Positions 51,780-60,863 of a DNA stretch of 64,000 nt are shown piece after piece; position 1 is the first letter of the stretch; each line of letters starts with the position of its first letter. The stretch lies in assembly GCA_963514005.1 (NCBI GenBank), contig OY740798.1, positions 23,560,001 through 23,624,000 of the forward strand, in the 5' to 3' direction. Under the pieces are notes generated by a model. That model was not told the origin of the DNA, did no database searches, and was given only the letters and a program-made list of their open reading frames with translations. The stretch is from Raja brachyura. Its lineage: Eukaryota. The translations under genes were made by a program, and so were the position numbers.

Positions 51780-53708
51780 ATGGAGGTAAGGCGGTCTGGT
51801 TTTCATGCACCTGTGTGCCTAACTTCACATGTTGGTGGGCGACTACGGTTCTTCACGGGGGCATGGGAAACTAACACTTCAGATAAGTTTGTCTTACAAA
51901 GTATTCAAGGCCATGAGATTGAATTCATTAATGGTAACATCCCTCCATCCCAGCATATGCCCAATCGGAAATTTAAGCTGTCTAGCATTGAAAAGGCAGC
52001 AGGCGATGCTGAGATCTTAAGATTACAAGAAAAAGGTGTGATAGAAAAAACTATACATGACCCAATTGAATTTGTATCAAACATATTCACCAGGCCCAAG
52101 AAGGATGGAGGATGTCGGGTTATTATTGATCTGACCCATTTGAATACCTTTGTAACATATACCCATTTCAAAATGGACACGTTCGAAACAGCCAAGTCAT
52201 TGATTTCTCATGGCTGCTTTATGGCATGCATTGATTTAAAAGATGCATACTATTCTGTATCCATTCGGAAACACCATAGGAAGTTCTTAAAATTCATCTG
52301 GATGGATCAGCTCTGGCAATACAGGGCTTTGCCAAATGGGCTTACCACAGCCCCTAGATTATTTACTAAATTACTCAAACCTATTCTGGCCACGCTACGG
52401 AAACAACATCATATAGTGATGGCCTATTTGGATGATATTTTGATTGTTGGCAACACCCTGGAGTCAGCTGAACTGGCAGTTTCAGCCACTGTGGCAATTT
52501 TTCAGGAAATGGGGTTCATTATCCATCCAGATAAGTCAAAGTTCTGCCCTTCACAGGTCATGGATTATCTGGGGTTCACGGTGGATTCCAATCGCATGAG
52601 GGCCACCATACCGGCTAACAAGGTTGGGGATGTCACCCAAGTATGTGAGGATTTAGTCTGGGCCAGTATACCATCAATTAGACAAACTGCTAAGGTGATT
52701 GGCAAGATCGTAGCACTGTTTCCAGCGGTTCAATACGGGCCTTTGCATTATCAAAATTTGCAAAGAGCCAAGATCTCAGCGTTAAAACAAAACGCCGGAT
52801 ATTTCGACAGATCAATGCAGCTGCCTCTTAAAGCTAAGATTGAGTTACAATGGTGGGTGGACAATATTAGTGACTCATTTAAACCCATCATTGTGCCCAA
52901 TCCGATGGTATACTTACAAACCGATGCAAGCTCCCATGGCTGGGGAGCTACGGACAACTATTCTAGTTGCGGGGGCAGATGGGACACCCTTGAATCTACT
53001 CTGTTATTATCACAAGGGATAAACTATTTGGAGATGCTTGCAGCATTTCACGGACTTCGAGCTTATTGTTCTAATCTTACTGACGCTCATGTCCGTCTCC
53101 AAATAGACAATACCACTGCGGTGGCATATTTAAACCATATGGGCGGTACCAGGTCAATTTCATGTGATGAATTGGCTAATACAATTTGGCTCTGGTGTAT
53201 TCAATGGAATATTTGGATTTCAGCTACCTATTTACCAGATGAGCTCAATACTGTGGCGGACACCAGGTCACGCAAGTTCAATGACCACATCGAGTGGATG
53301 TTGCATCCTCAAACCTTCACTAAAGTTACAGCCAAATTTGGTAAACCGGATATCGACCTCTTTGCATCGCGGTTGAACCATCAGGTACCAACATACGTTT
53401 CGTGGGAACCAGATCCTGGGGCAATGGCGATGGATGCATTCTCGCTGGACTGGGGGAAATGGTTCTTCTATGCATTTCCTCCATTTTGCCTCATCAGTCG
53501 GGTATTGCAGAAAATCCAGATGGATGCTGCCAAGGGCATTCTTATCATACCCGACTGGCCTACGCAGCCATGGTATCCGGTGGTCTTTGAGATGATCAGT
53601 CAACCTTGGGTCCTCTTAGAGGGTTGCCCACAATTGGTCACTAACCCTGTGTCAGGGGAACCACATCCCTGCCACAGCTATCTAAACTTGTTGGCTTGCA
53701 GGTTCTGA
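51780..53708 (+). CDS. DIRS ORF2: reverse transcriptase - RNase H - adenine methyltransferase-like domain
   Basis: IDLKDAY, LPNGLTTAPRLF, YLDD, YLGF; TDAS, INYLEMLA, DNTT, N.VAD..SR; DIDLFAS and YAFPPF; uninterrupted from ATG 51780. Confidence 0.93.
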   Translation: MEVRRSGFHAPVCLTSHVGGRLRFFTGAWETNTSDKFVLQSIQGHEIEFINGNIPPSQHMPNRKFKLSSIEKAAGDAEILRLQEKGVIEKTIHDPIEFVSNIFTRPKKDGGCRVIIDLTHLNTFVTYTHFKMDTFETAKSLISHGCFMACIDLKDAYYSVSIRKHHRKFLKFIWMDQLWQYRALPNGLTTAPRLFTKLLKPILATLRKQHHIVMAYLDDILIVGNTLESAELAVSATVAIFQEMGFIIHPDKSKFCPSQVMDYLGFTVDSNRMRATIPANKVGDVTQVCEDLVWASIPSIRQTAKVIGKIVALFPAVQYGPLHYQNLQRAKISALKQNAGYFDRSMQLPLKAKIELQWWVDNISDSFKPIIVPNPMVYLQTDASSHGWGATDNYSSCGGRWDTLESTLLLSQGINYLEMLAAFHGLRAYCSNLTDAHVRLQIDNTTAVAYLNHMGGTRSISCDELANTIWLWCIQWNIWISATYLPDELNTVADTRSRKFNDHIEWMLHPQTFTKVTAKFGKPDIDLFASRLNHQVPTYVSWEPDPGAMAMDAFSLDWGKWFFYAFPPFCLISRVLQKIQMDAAKGILIIPDWPTQPWYPVVFEMISQPWVLLEGCPQLVTNPVSGEPHPCHSYLNLLACRF

Positions 53709-54685
53709 ACCGGCCATTACTGCGGTATGGCCTATCACCCAGAACAATGGATACCATCGGAGCGTCATGCCGGGAGTCCACCAGGCGGCAATACCTCTCC
53801 CACATCCGAAAATGGGAAACCTTCTGCGGCCGCTCCCAAATTACATATGACGCTGCGTCCATAGCCGACGTATTGGAATTCCTGGCGGGGTTGCACCATG
53901 ATGAACACTTGAGCTACAGTGCCATCAACAGCGCCAGAAGCGCGCTGTCATTCTACCTCAATATTGAGGTAGGATCCAACAGGCTGGTGTCCAGGCTCAT
54001 GCGGGGAATATTCAATTTGAATCCGCCCAGACCACGCTATAATATCACCTAGGATATCGGGAAAGTACTAACCCTGCTCAGGACGTGGTCGCCCATGGAG
54101 GGGCTAGAGCTGGACAAACTCACCATGAAGCTGGTGATGTTACTAGCACTGACTTCAGCGCAGAGGGTACAGACATTCCAAAAAATCCGGATCGACAGGA
54201 TGATCTCTACCCCTGCAGAAGTAGTCTTCTTTATAGATGAGCTACTCAAGCAGCATAGACCTGGGTGCACAGGGCTGCAGCTGAAGTTCCCGGCATACCC
54301 CGCAGATGCAAGGCTATGTTTAGCCGCCCATATCCGTCACTATGTCAAAGTGACGAGAAACATAAGGGGAATGGAGAAATACCTGCTTGTCACTCACAAG
54401 AAACCTCACCATCGAGTGACAGTCCAGACGATATCCAGGTGGCTCAGGATCGTCTTGGGTAAGTCAGGTATCGACACTAATGTCTTCAAATCCTATTCCA
54501 CCAGGGCTGCATCAACGTCGGCGGCGAGGGTCATGGAGGTGCCCATGGACCATATCCTCGCCACAGCAGGATGGGCGAATGAAGCCATCTTTCAGCGGTT
54601 TTATAACAAGCCTGTTGCCGCTCCTCTACAGTTCGCGGAGGCCGTGCTGAATGCAGGTCAAGAACGTGGAGATGTCCCCGAATGA
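53696..54685 (+). pseudogene. DIRS ORF3 tyrosine recombinase with one nonsense codon
   Basis: STRRQY..WETFC, SAINSARSALS, PRPRY, SAQRV, YSTR, AGW, RFYNK; in-frame TAG at 54050-54052 where W is expected. Confidence 0.9.
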
Positions 54686-55289
54686 GGGGTTTTTTGCTTT
54701 GTTTGTTAATAAATACTATTCTTGTTTTTCAGTACAAGCAGTTTGGAAAGTTGTTTACTCCCATCCATCCTTAATAGTGGTGTGTCAGCATGGACATGGT
54801 CCAGGGCGTGAAATCACAGAGCTTTGAAGTCTTCACGAAGTCACTCTACGTGACTCCGAGATAAAATAGTAAGATTAAACGAGAACTTACCAGTTCGAAG
54901 GTTGATCTTTATTTTATTAGGAGTTGCGATGAGGTATTTCGTGCCCTCCGCTCCCAACCCTCGATCATAATCAACTGGTAATTAGAGTCTCTTCAATCTT
55001 ACTATGCCAAGTCATTTCTCTGTGTTGTTCTGTGATTCCACACCGCTACTTTGAAGAATGTCGCGCATGCGTGCTGGCGGGTTCTTCACGAAATCCCTCA
55101 TCGCAACTCCTCATAAAATAAAGATCAACCTTCGAACTGGTAAGTTCTCGTTTAATCTTACTATTATGGGGTATTGTGTGTCAATTGATGATTAAAAAAA
55201 TGAATTTAATCAATTTTAGAATAAAGCTGTAGCGTAACAAAATGTGGAAAAGGTGAAGGGGTTTGAATACTTTCTGAATGCACTGCATG

Positions 55290-55550
55290 TCCAAGTACAA
55301 GACCCTTGCCCCACTGGGTCCCCACCGACCATCTATCACTTGTTGACATTCATTCTGTATTATCCCACATTTGTATCCTTTACCTATATAAGAGGAGCAA
55401 TTGAGAGAGGCCAATTAATGTACAAACCCACACATCTTTACGTTGTGGGAGGAAACCAGAGCACCCGGAGGAAACCTACGTGGTCACCTGTGGAATGTGC
55501 AATATCCACATAGACAGCACCCAAGGTCTGGATTGAATCAATGTCACTGG
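55290..55550 (-). mobile_element. tRNA-derived SINE (HE1/V-SINE type)
   Basis: GTGGGAGGAAACCAGAGCACCCGGAGGAAACC core on the reverse strand. Confidence 0.75.
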
Positions 55551-56359
55551 CGCTATCTTCTTTCGTGTCCATCTTCCATGTTTCAAATGTTGATGAGGAG
55601 GCACTGGCAGCCTCGGGCTTACCAAGGTCGCTCAGTCTTTGCCTCAAAGAGGAGTTGCTGGCTGCCTCGGGCTTGTCCCCGCAATTCACTGTTCCTCCAA
55701 ACCCGCAAAGAGGAAACACAACTAGTAGGAAGGCATCCTACTTTATCTCCTCTTTTCTGTCCCTTACTCCATCTATCTCTCTCGGATTGATGAGATGCAG
55801 GTGGGCCAATCTGATGCCTGCTAATTGGATGCAGTTGTTGCCTCTCCTACTGTTGCTGCAGCTCAGTCCAGAGTGCTGTCCAGGGTGCCGGATGTTTCTC
55901 AGCAGGCAGGTGCTGTCCATTGTGCTGGTCTTGGGCTCCTCCTGGCCTATCTTCAATTAATGGGGATCAAAGGGAGGAGGTGTTGTCACACCCTATACAT
56001 CTCTTGAGCTTTTTATGGAAACCCTTAAGTATAACATTGACCATTTCAATGATTTTGTTCCACACACTTGCTCTTTGTTTCAATATATTGGTCACAACAT
56101 TTAAATACAGAGATCATAATTAAACTTAATGACAACAAAAGTTGTTTATGCAAACCAGGTTCTACCTTGAGTCAAATCTTATTCATGATATATATGAATG
56201 ATACTTATTCATGCTTCCCACTGGGCCACTTTCGAACACCAAGCCATCATTTTCAAAGATCAAGAGATCTTTGTGGTCACCAACATCATGATTTCCCAAT
56301 TTACACATACATCCTTTCTAAGATTTTGTCAGGCAAGGAAGATTGCCTGACAAAATCAA

Positions 56360-56725
56360 TGCTTCAAATGTGGCCTAACCAAAGCTACAGAGCTGCATAT
56401 GACTTCTTGACTCGTATACTCAATGCCCCTAGTAGTGAAGACAAGCATACCATACGCCTTCTTTACCACCCTATCTATTTGAACTGCCACCTTCAGTCAG
56501 CTATGAACTTGGACTCTAAGATTCCTCTACACATCATTTCTGTTAAAGATCTTGTCATTAACTGTATACTCTTCCTTTACATTCAACCTCCCTTTAAAGT
56601 GCAACACCTCAAACTCGGATTAAACTCCATCTGCCATTGCTCCGCCCATTTCTGCAGTTGATCTACATCCTGCTGTATCTTCTGACAACCTTCCTCGCTG
56701 TCTACAACTCCCCCAATCTCGGTAT
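56360..56725 (-). mobile_element. CR1 LINE fragment
   Basis: DTEIGGVVDSEEGCQKIQQDVDQLQKWAEQWQMEFN. Confidence 0.85.
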
Positions 56726-56984
56726 CAAAGTCTCCTATAAACGTTGCCACTTTCACTTTAAAACTATCCCCTCTATTCTTTGACAAATGTGCCTATCTAT
56801 GGCTATTATAATTTGATATACTTCCAGCAAGTCCCTTGGTCCAGACAGACAGTAACCCCAGTATTTTATAAAAGGCTGGCATGAACCTTTGCCATCTGCA
56901 GGCACATCCACAGCAATGAAACATCCAAGGTTTCTTATCGAGGGCTGGTGTTGAGCAGGCCCTGACTAGCATAGTCAGTGAACT

Positions 56985-57105
56985 CACTATCTCTGACACT
57001 CTCTCCCTCTGTCCCTCTCTATCTCACTATCCCACGTTCTCTCAATCCCACTATCTCTCCATCTCTCACTATCTTATTATCTCTCTCACTATATCTCTCT
57101 CTCTC
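56985..57105. repeat. Degenerate (TC)n microsatellite, left part
   Basis: CTCT/CTATCT tract abutting the poly(T) of the Tx1 element. Confidence 0.9.
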
Positions 57106-57155
57106 TTTTTTTTTTTTTTTTTTTCACAATCAAAAATCACACTATAATGAACAGA

Positions 57156-60100
57156 TCATTGTAGTACAGCAGCACATTCATTTATAATCGCCTCAACCCC
57201 ACGCGGCGACCAGCGCTGACGGAAGGCCTCCAGAGTCCCCGTGAACACCGCGTGTTCCCTCTCCAGGGACACACGTGCACGGACGTAGGCCCGAAAGAGG
57301 GGCAGGCAGCCGACTCTCGCCTGACCGTCGACCGCCCGCTGCCTGGACCCACGAATGGCCATCTTGGCCAGGCCAAGGAGCAAACCGACAGGTAAGTCCC
57401 CCCCCACCACTCGGCTCTCCCCACTCCCCGCCTTGTGTCCAAACACCAGGATTGTGGGGCTAAAATGCAGCCAGAACTTGAGGAACAGCCCCTTCAGATA
57501 TTGGTACAGGGGCAGTAACCTCACACACTCCATATACACATGGAATACGGTCTCCTCCTCTCCGCAGAAAATACATGCGGCAGACGAGCCCGTGAACCGA
57601 CTCAAAAGTTTATTACAAACCACCGCTCCATGCAGCACTCTCCACCCCAGGTCCCCAATATAAAGGGGTACAACTCCCTTATAGAAGGACCCCCACTGGG
57701 GCCCCCCGCCGCCTTCGGATGGTAACACCGTCCTCCATGGTGAGTCAGGACGGGAGACGAAGGCACGGTGGTTCAGAATGTGCAGGAGCATCCTGTACAG
57801 TGCGCGTCTCCTTGCATCACAAAATGGCATGCTGGTCATCTCAGAAAGGCAGCTCAGATTATGCGGAGCCGGAGGCCGAGAAATATCCCGAAGCCTAGGC
57901 CCGATGAGCAGATCTGACGGAGCAGGGGTAAGCTCTATCTGAACCACTCTAGGCTCGCGCCTCTCCTCGACAACCACCATGACAGGATGAGGACCAGCCA
58001 CACCCGCAGCCACAACATCCCCCTCTCCTCGTGGAACAACACTCTGACTGAACACCACCAAATTCCTCACTCTTAACACATCCCTATAGAAAACAGGCAA
58101 GCCCCTTAGAGCGGGTCGACTGACACCCGCCACCGGGAGCCGCGAGACCCCCCTTAGGCAACGACCCTGACGAAAAAAATACGTGGCCAGAGCGTGCCAT
58201 CTGGGAGGGTTCTCTACATACATGTATCTCCGCAGAGTCCTGAGACGGAGAGCCGCCACCTGGGTGCGCACGCACACCAAGGACTGGCCGCCCTCCTCTA
58301 ACGGAAGACTCAGGACCGCCGCGGAAATCCAATGCTTCCTATTTCCCCAAAAGAAATCCACCAGCTTCTTCTGTATAGCAGTTACAAATATAGAGGGCGG
58401 GACAAGAGTAGCCAGCCGGTACCATAACATAGAGGCCACCAGCTGGTTTATGACCAGCACCCTCCCCCGAAAGGAGAGAACTCCAAGCAGGCCTGACCAG
58501 CGCCCCAGCCGAGCAACCACCTTCGTCTCCAACTCTTGCCAGTTTGCCGGCCAAACATCCTCAGTGGGACTCAGGTACACCCCCAGATAGAGGAGGTGCG
58601 TGGTACTCCACGCATACAATGCCATCTCCTCCGGCAGGGAGTCTACCCGCCACTGACCCACCAAAAGTCCAGAGCACTTACTCCAGTTAATCCTAGCAGA
58701 AGATGCAGCCGAGAATATCTCCTGGCAGTCACGCATCCTCCGCAGGTCACCAGGATCAGTGAACATAAGAAGTACGTCATCGGCATACGCCGATAGAATC
58801 ACCTCAACCCGCGGGCCAGGTAGGGCCAGGCCTGTCAACCTCCTCCGAAGAAGACACAGGAACGGCTCCACACAGACCGAATACAACTGGCCCGACATAG
58901 GGCACCCCTGGCGGACCCCCCTCCCAAAATGAAAAGGAGATAGCACCGCGCCATTAACCTTTACAAGACACTCCGCAGCAGCGTACAAAAGCCGGACCCG
59001 GGCCACGAAGTGTGGTCCAAACCCAAACGCTTGCAACGTCCCAAATAGGTATTCATGCTCTACCCTATCAAAAGCCTTCTCCTGATCAAGAGACAGAAAA
59101 GCAGCTGACTCACCAGTACCCTGGACTAAATGAATCAAGTCCCTAACCAGGTGGATGTTATCCTGGATGGACCGGCCAGGGACTGTATAAGATTGATCAG
59201 GATGAATCACTTGATGCAGCACGGAGCCCAGGCGATTTGCCATTGCCCGTGCAAAACTTTTATATTCTGTGCAAAGGAGAGAGACTGGACGCCAGTTCTT
59301 CAACAAACGGAGTTCGCCCTTCTTAGGCAGCAAGACAACAACCGTCCTACGCCACGAGAGAGGCATCACTCCAGTCGCCAGGCTCTCCCCCAGAACCAAC
59401 ATATAGTCACCCCCTAGGATGTCCCAGAATGCTCTAACAAACTCCACCGTCAACCCATCCAGCCCGGGGGACTTACCCCTCCTGAGCTGATGCAAGGCGC
59501 GAGTCAACTCCTCCAAAGATAAGGGGCCATCAAGAAGATCAGCCTCCCCCCTATCTACGGTCGGTAGACCCTCCCACAGATCTTGCTGAGCCTCCACACT
59601 GAATCCTTCCGCAGAGAACAGGGACCCATAAAAGGACCTAACCAAGGCATTGATCCTCTCTGGATCAGTGACAGAGGAGCCGTCATCTGCAAGCAACTCC
59701 ACGAGCTGTTTTCGAGCTCCCCGCCCCTTCTCCAAAGAGAAAAAGAAAGGCGACGCTCGGTCCAGCTCGTGCAGCATCTGGACCCGAGACCTCACATAAG
59801 CGCCTCGAGATCGCTCAAGCAGCAGACTCCTCAAAACCTCCTTCTTCCTCTGAAACTCTCCCCATTCGCTGGAGTCTTCACCAAACTGACCCAGGCGAGA
59901 CTCAGCGTGCTGTATCTCCCTCTCCAGCTTCTCGACCGCTGAGTCCCGCCTCCCAGTCGACCCCCATGTATATTCCTTACAAAAGAGACGGATGTGAGCT
60001 TTACCCACATCCCACCACTGCCTAAGGGAAGAGAAGCACCTCTGCCTCTCTCTCCACTTCACCCAAAACCGAGTGAATGACTCCCGGAAACACCGATCCT

Positions 60101-60863
60101 CCAGCAGCCTGTTGTTAAAGTGCCAGTACGCGGACCCAGCCCGAGCGCACGCTGGATTGAAATCCACACGCACCAGACAATGGTCCGAGCACGGCACCAG
60201 CCGCATTGAGGCCGCTGAGACACGGGAAACAAACGCTCGGGAAATATAAAACCGATCAATGCGGGAACCACCGCCCTCAGACCTCCGCGAAAAAGCAGTG
60301 GAATCAGGGTGAAGGTCCCTCCAAACATCAACCAACTCAAAGGAGTCAATCAAGCCTCTCAGCTTCTTCGCTACAGCAGGCGCACACTGAGTACCAGAAC
60401 GGTCCCGCACCTCAAGTGTGCAATTAAAGTCCCCACCAAGGAAGACACACTCTCCCCTATCAATAGTGCCCAACAGAGCATTCACCTCCCGAAGCAGGCC
60501 GGCCTGCATCGTGCCGGAGCTAGGGGCATACACGTTAATGAAATGCAACGGCATGCCATCCAGGCTCACGGCCAGATGGAGCAAACGTCCTGGCACCACT
60601 TCCTGCACTTTTAAAATGCTTGGCAGAAAATTTGGGGCCAACAGAAAAGCCACCCCACTCGAATTTGAGCTGAGATGGCTCATATAAACCCTCCCTTCCC
60701 ACTCCAGTTGCCAGGTAGGTTCATCACTAGCAACGGTATGTGTCTCTTGCAGATAACAAACTGCAAATCTCCCCTCCCTTAGGGCTGATAAGAGCTGAAA
60801 TCTTCGAAAACTCGCTCTACTCCCATTTAAATTTAATGTAGCTACTGTGAATGTGTAGACACA
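57156..60863 (-). CDS. Tx1 ORF2: APE endonuclease - reverse transcriptase - zinc finger
   Basis: Frame open from 60863: TLNLNG, LQETH, NVYAP, GGDFN, SRIDRFY, SDH; KSPGLDG, NWRPVSLL, LDQEKAFDRV, GVRQGCP, YADD, YLG; CIFC..ETVFH...EC; first in-frame ATG is 60683. Confidence 0.93.
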   Translation of the reverse strand, partial: CVYTFTVATLNLNGSRASFRRFQLLSALREGRFAVCYLQETHTVASDEPTWQLEWEGRVYMSHLSSNSSGVAFLLAPNFLPSILKVQEVVPGRLLHLAVSLDGMPLHFINVYAPSSGTMQAGLLREVNALLGTIDRGECVFLGGDFNCTLEVRDRSGTQCAPAVAKKLRGLIDSFELVDVWRDLHPDSTAFSRRSEGGGSRIDRFYISRAFVSRVSAASMRLVPCSDHCLVRVDFNPACARAGSAYWHFNNRLLEDRCFRESFTRFWVKWRERQRCFSSLRQWWDVGKAHIRLFCKEYTWGSTGRRDSAVEKLEREIQHAESRLGQFGEDSSEWGEFQRKKEVLRSLLLERSRGAYVRSRVQMLHELDRASPFFFSLEKGRGARKQLVELLADDGSSVTDPERINALVRSFYGSLFSAEGFSVEAQQDLWEGLPTVDRGEADLLDGPLSLEELTRALHQLRRGKSPGLDGLTVEFVRAFWDILGGDYMLVLGESLATGVMPLSWRRTVVVLLPKKGELRLLKNWRPVSLLCTEYKSFARAMANRLGSVLHQVIHPDQSYTVPGRSIQDNIHLVRDLIHLVQGTGESAAFLSLDQEKAFDRVEHEYLFGTLQAFGFGPHFVARVRLLYAAAECLVKVNGAVLSPFHFGRGVRQGCPMSGQLYSVCVEPFLCLLRRRLTGLALPGPRVEVILSAYADDVLLMFTDPGDLRRMRDCQEIFSAASSARINWSKCSGLLVGQWRVDSLPEEMALYAWSTTHLLYLGVYLSPTEDVWPANWQELETKVVARLGRWSGLLGVLSFRGRVLVINQLVASMLWYRLATLVPPSIFVTAIQKKLVDFFWGNRKHWISAAVLSLPLEEGGQSLVCVRTQVAALRLRTLRRYMYVENPPRWHALATYFFRQGRCLRGVSRLPVAGVSRPALRGLPVFYRDVLRVRNLVVFSQSVVPRGEGDVVAAGVAGPHPVMVVVEERREPRVVQIELTPAPSDLLIGPRLRDISRPPAPHNLSCLSEMTSMPFCDARRRALYRMLLHILNHRAFVSRPDSPWRTVLPSEGGGGPQWGSFYKGVVPLYIGDLGWRVLHGAVVCNKLLSRFTGSSAACIFCGEEETVFHVYMECVRLLPLYQYLKGLFLKFWLHFSPTILVFGHKAGSGESRVVGGDLPVGLLLGLAKMAIRGSRQRAVDGQARVGCLPLFRAYVRARVSLEREHAVFTGTLEAFRQRWSPRGVEAIINECAAVLQ

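Larger units (their letters stand above)
49841..55165 (+). mobile_element. DIRS1-type tyrosine-recombinase retrotransposon, structurally complete
   Basis: gag, RT/RNaseH/MT and YR ORFs; 35-bp perfect ITR (49868-49902 / 55058-55092); internal complementary region 54830-54943; begins and ends with ATT. Confidence 0.95.
48402..55285 (+). mobile_element. Tc1/mariner transposon (IR/DR type), right TIR split by a DIRS insertion
   Basis: Left end TAGTACATTCATAAAGTATTCAGACCCC matches reverse complement of right end GGGTTTGAATACTTTCTGAATGCACTG; right IR is 49748-49840 plus 55166-55285. Confidence 0.9.

Noticed and set aside
55540-56005. GC-rich segment with short ORFs on both strands
   Set aside because: No recognisable domain; may be a decayed retroelement ORF1 but cannot be supported
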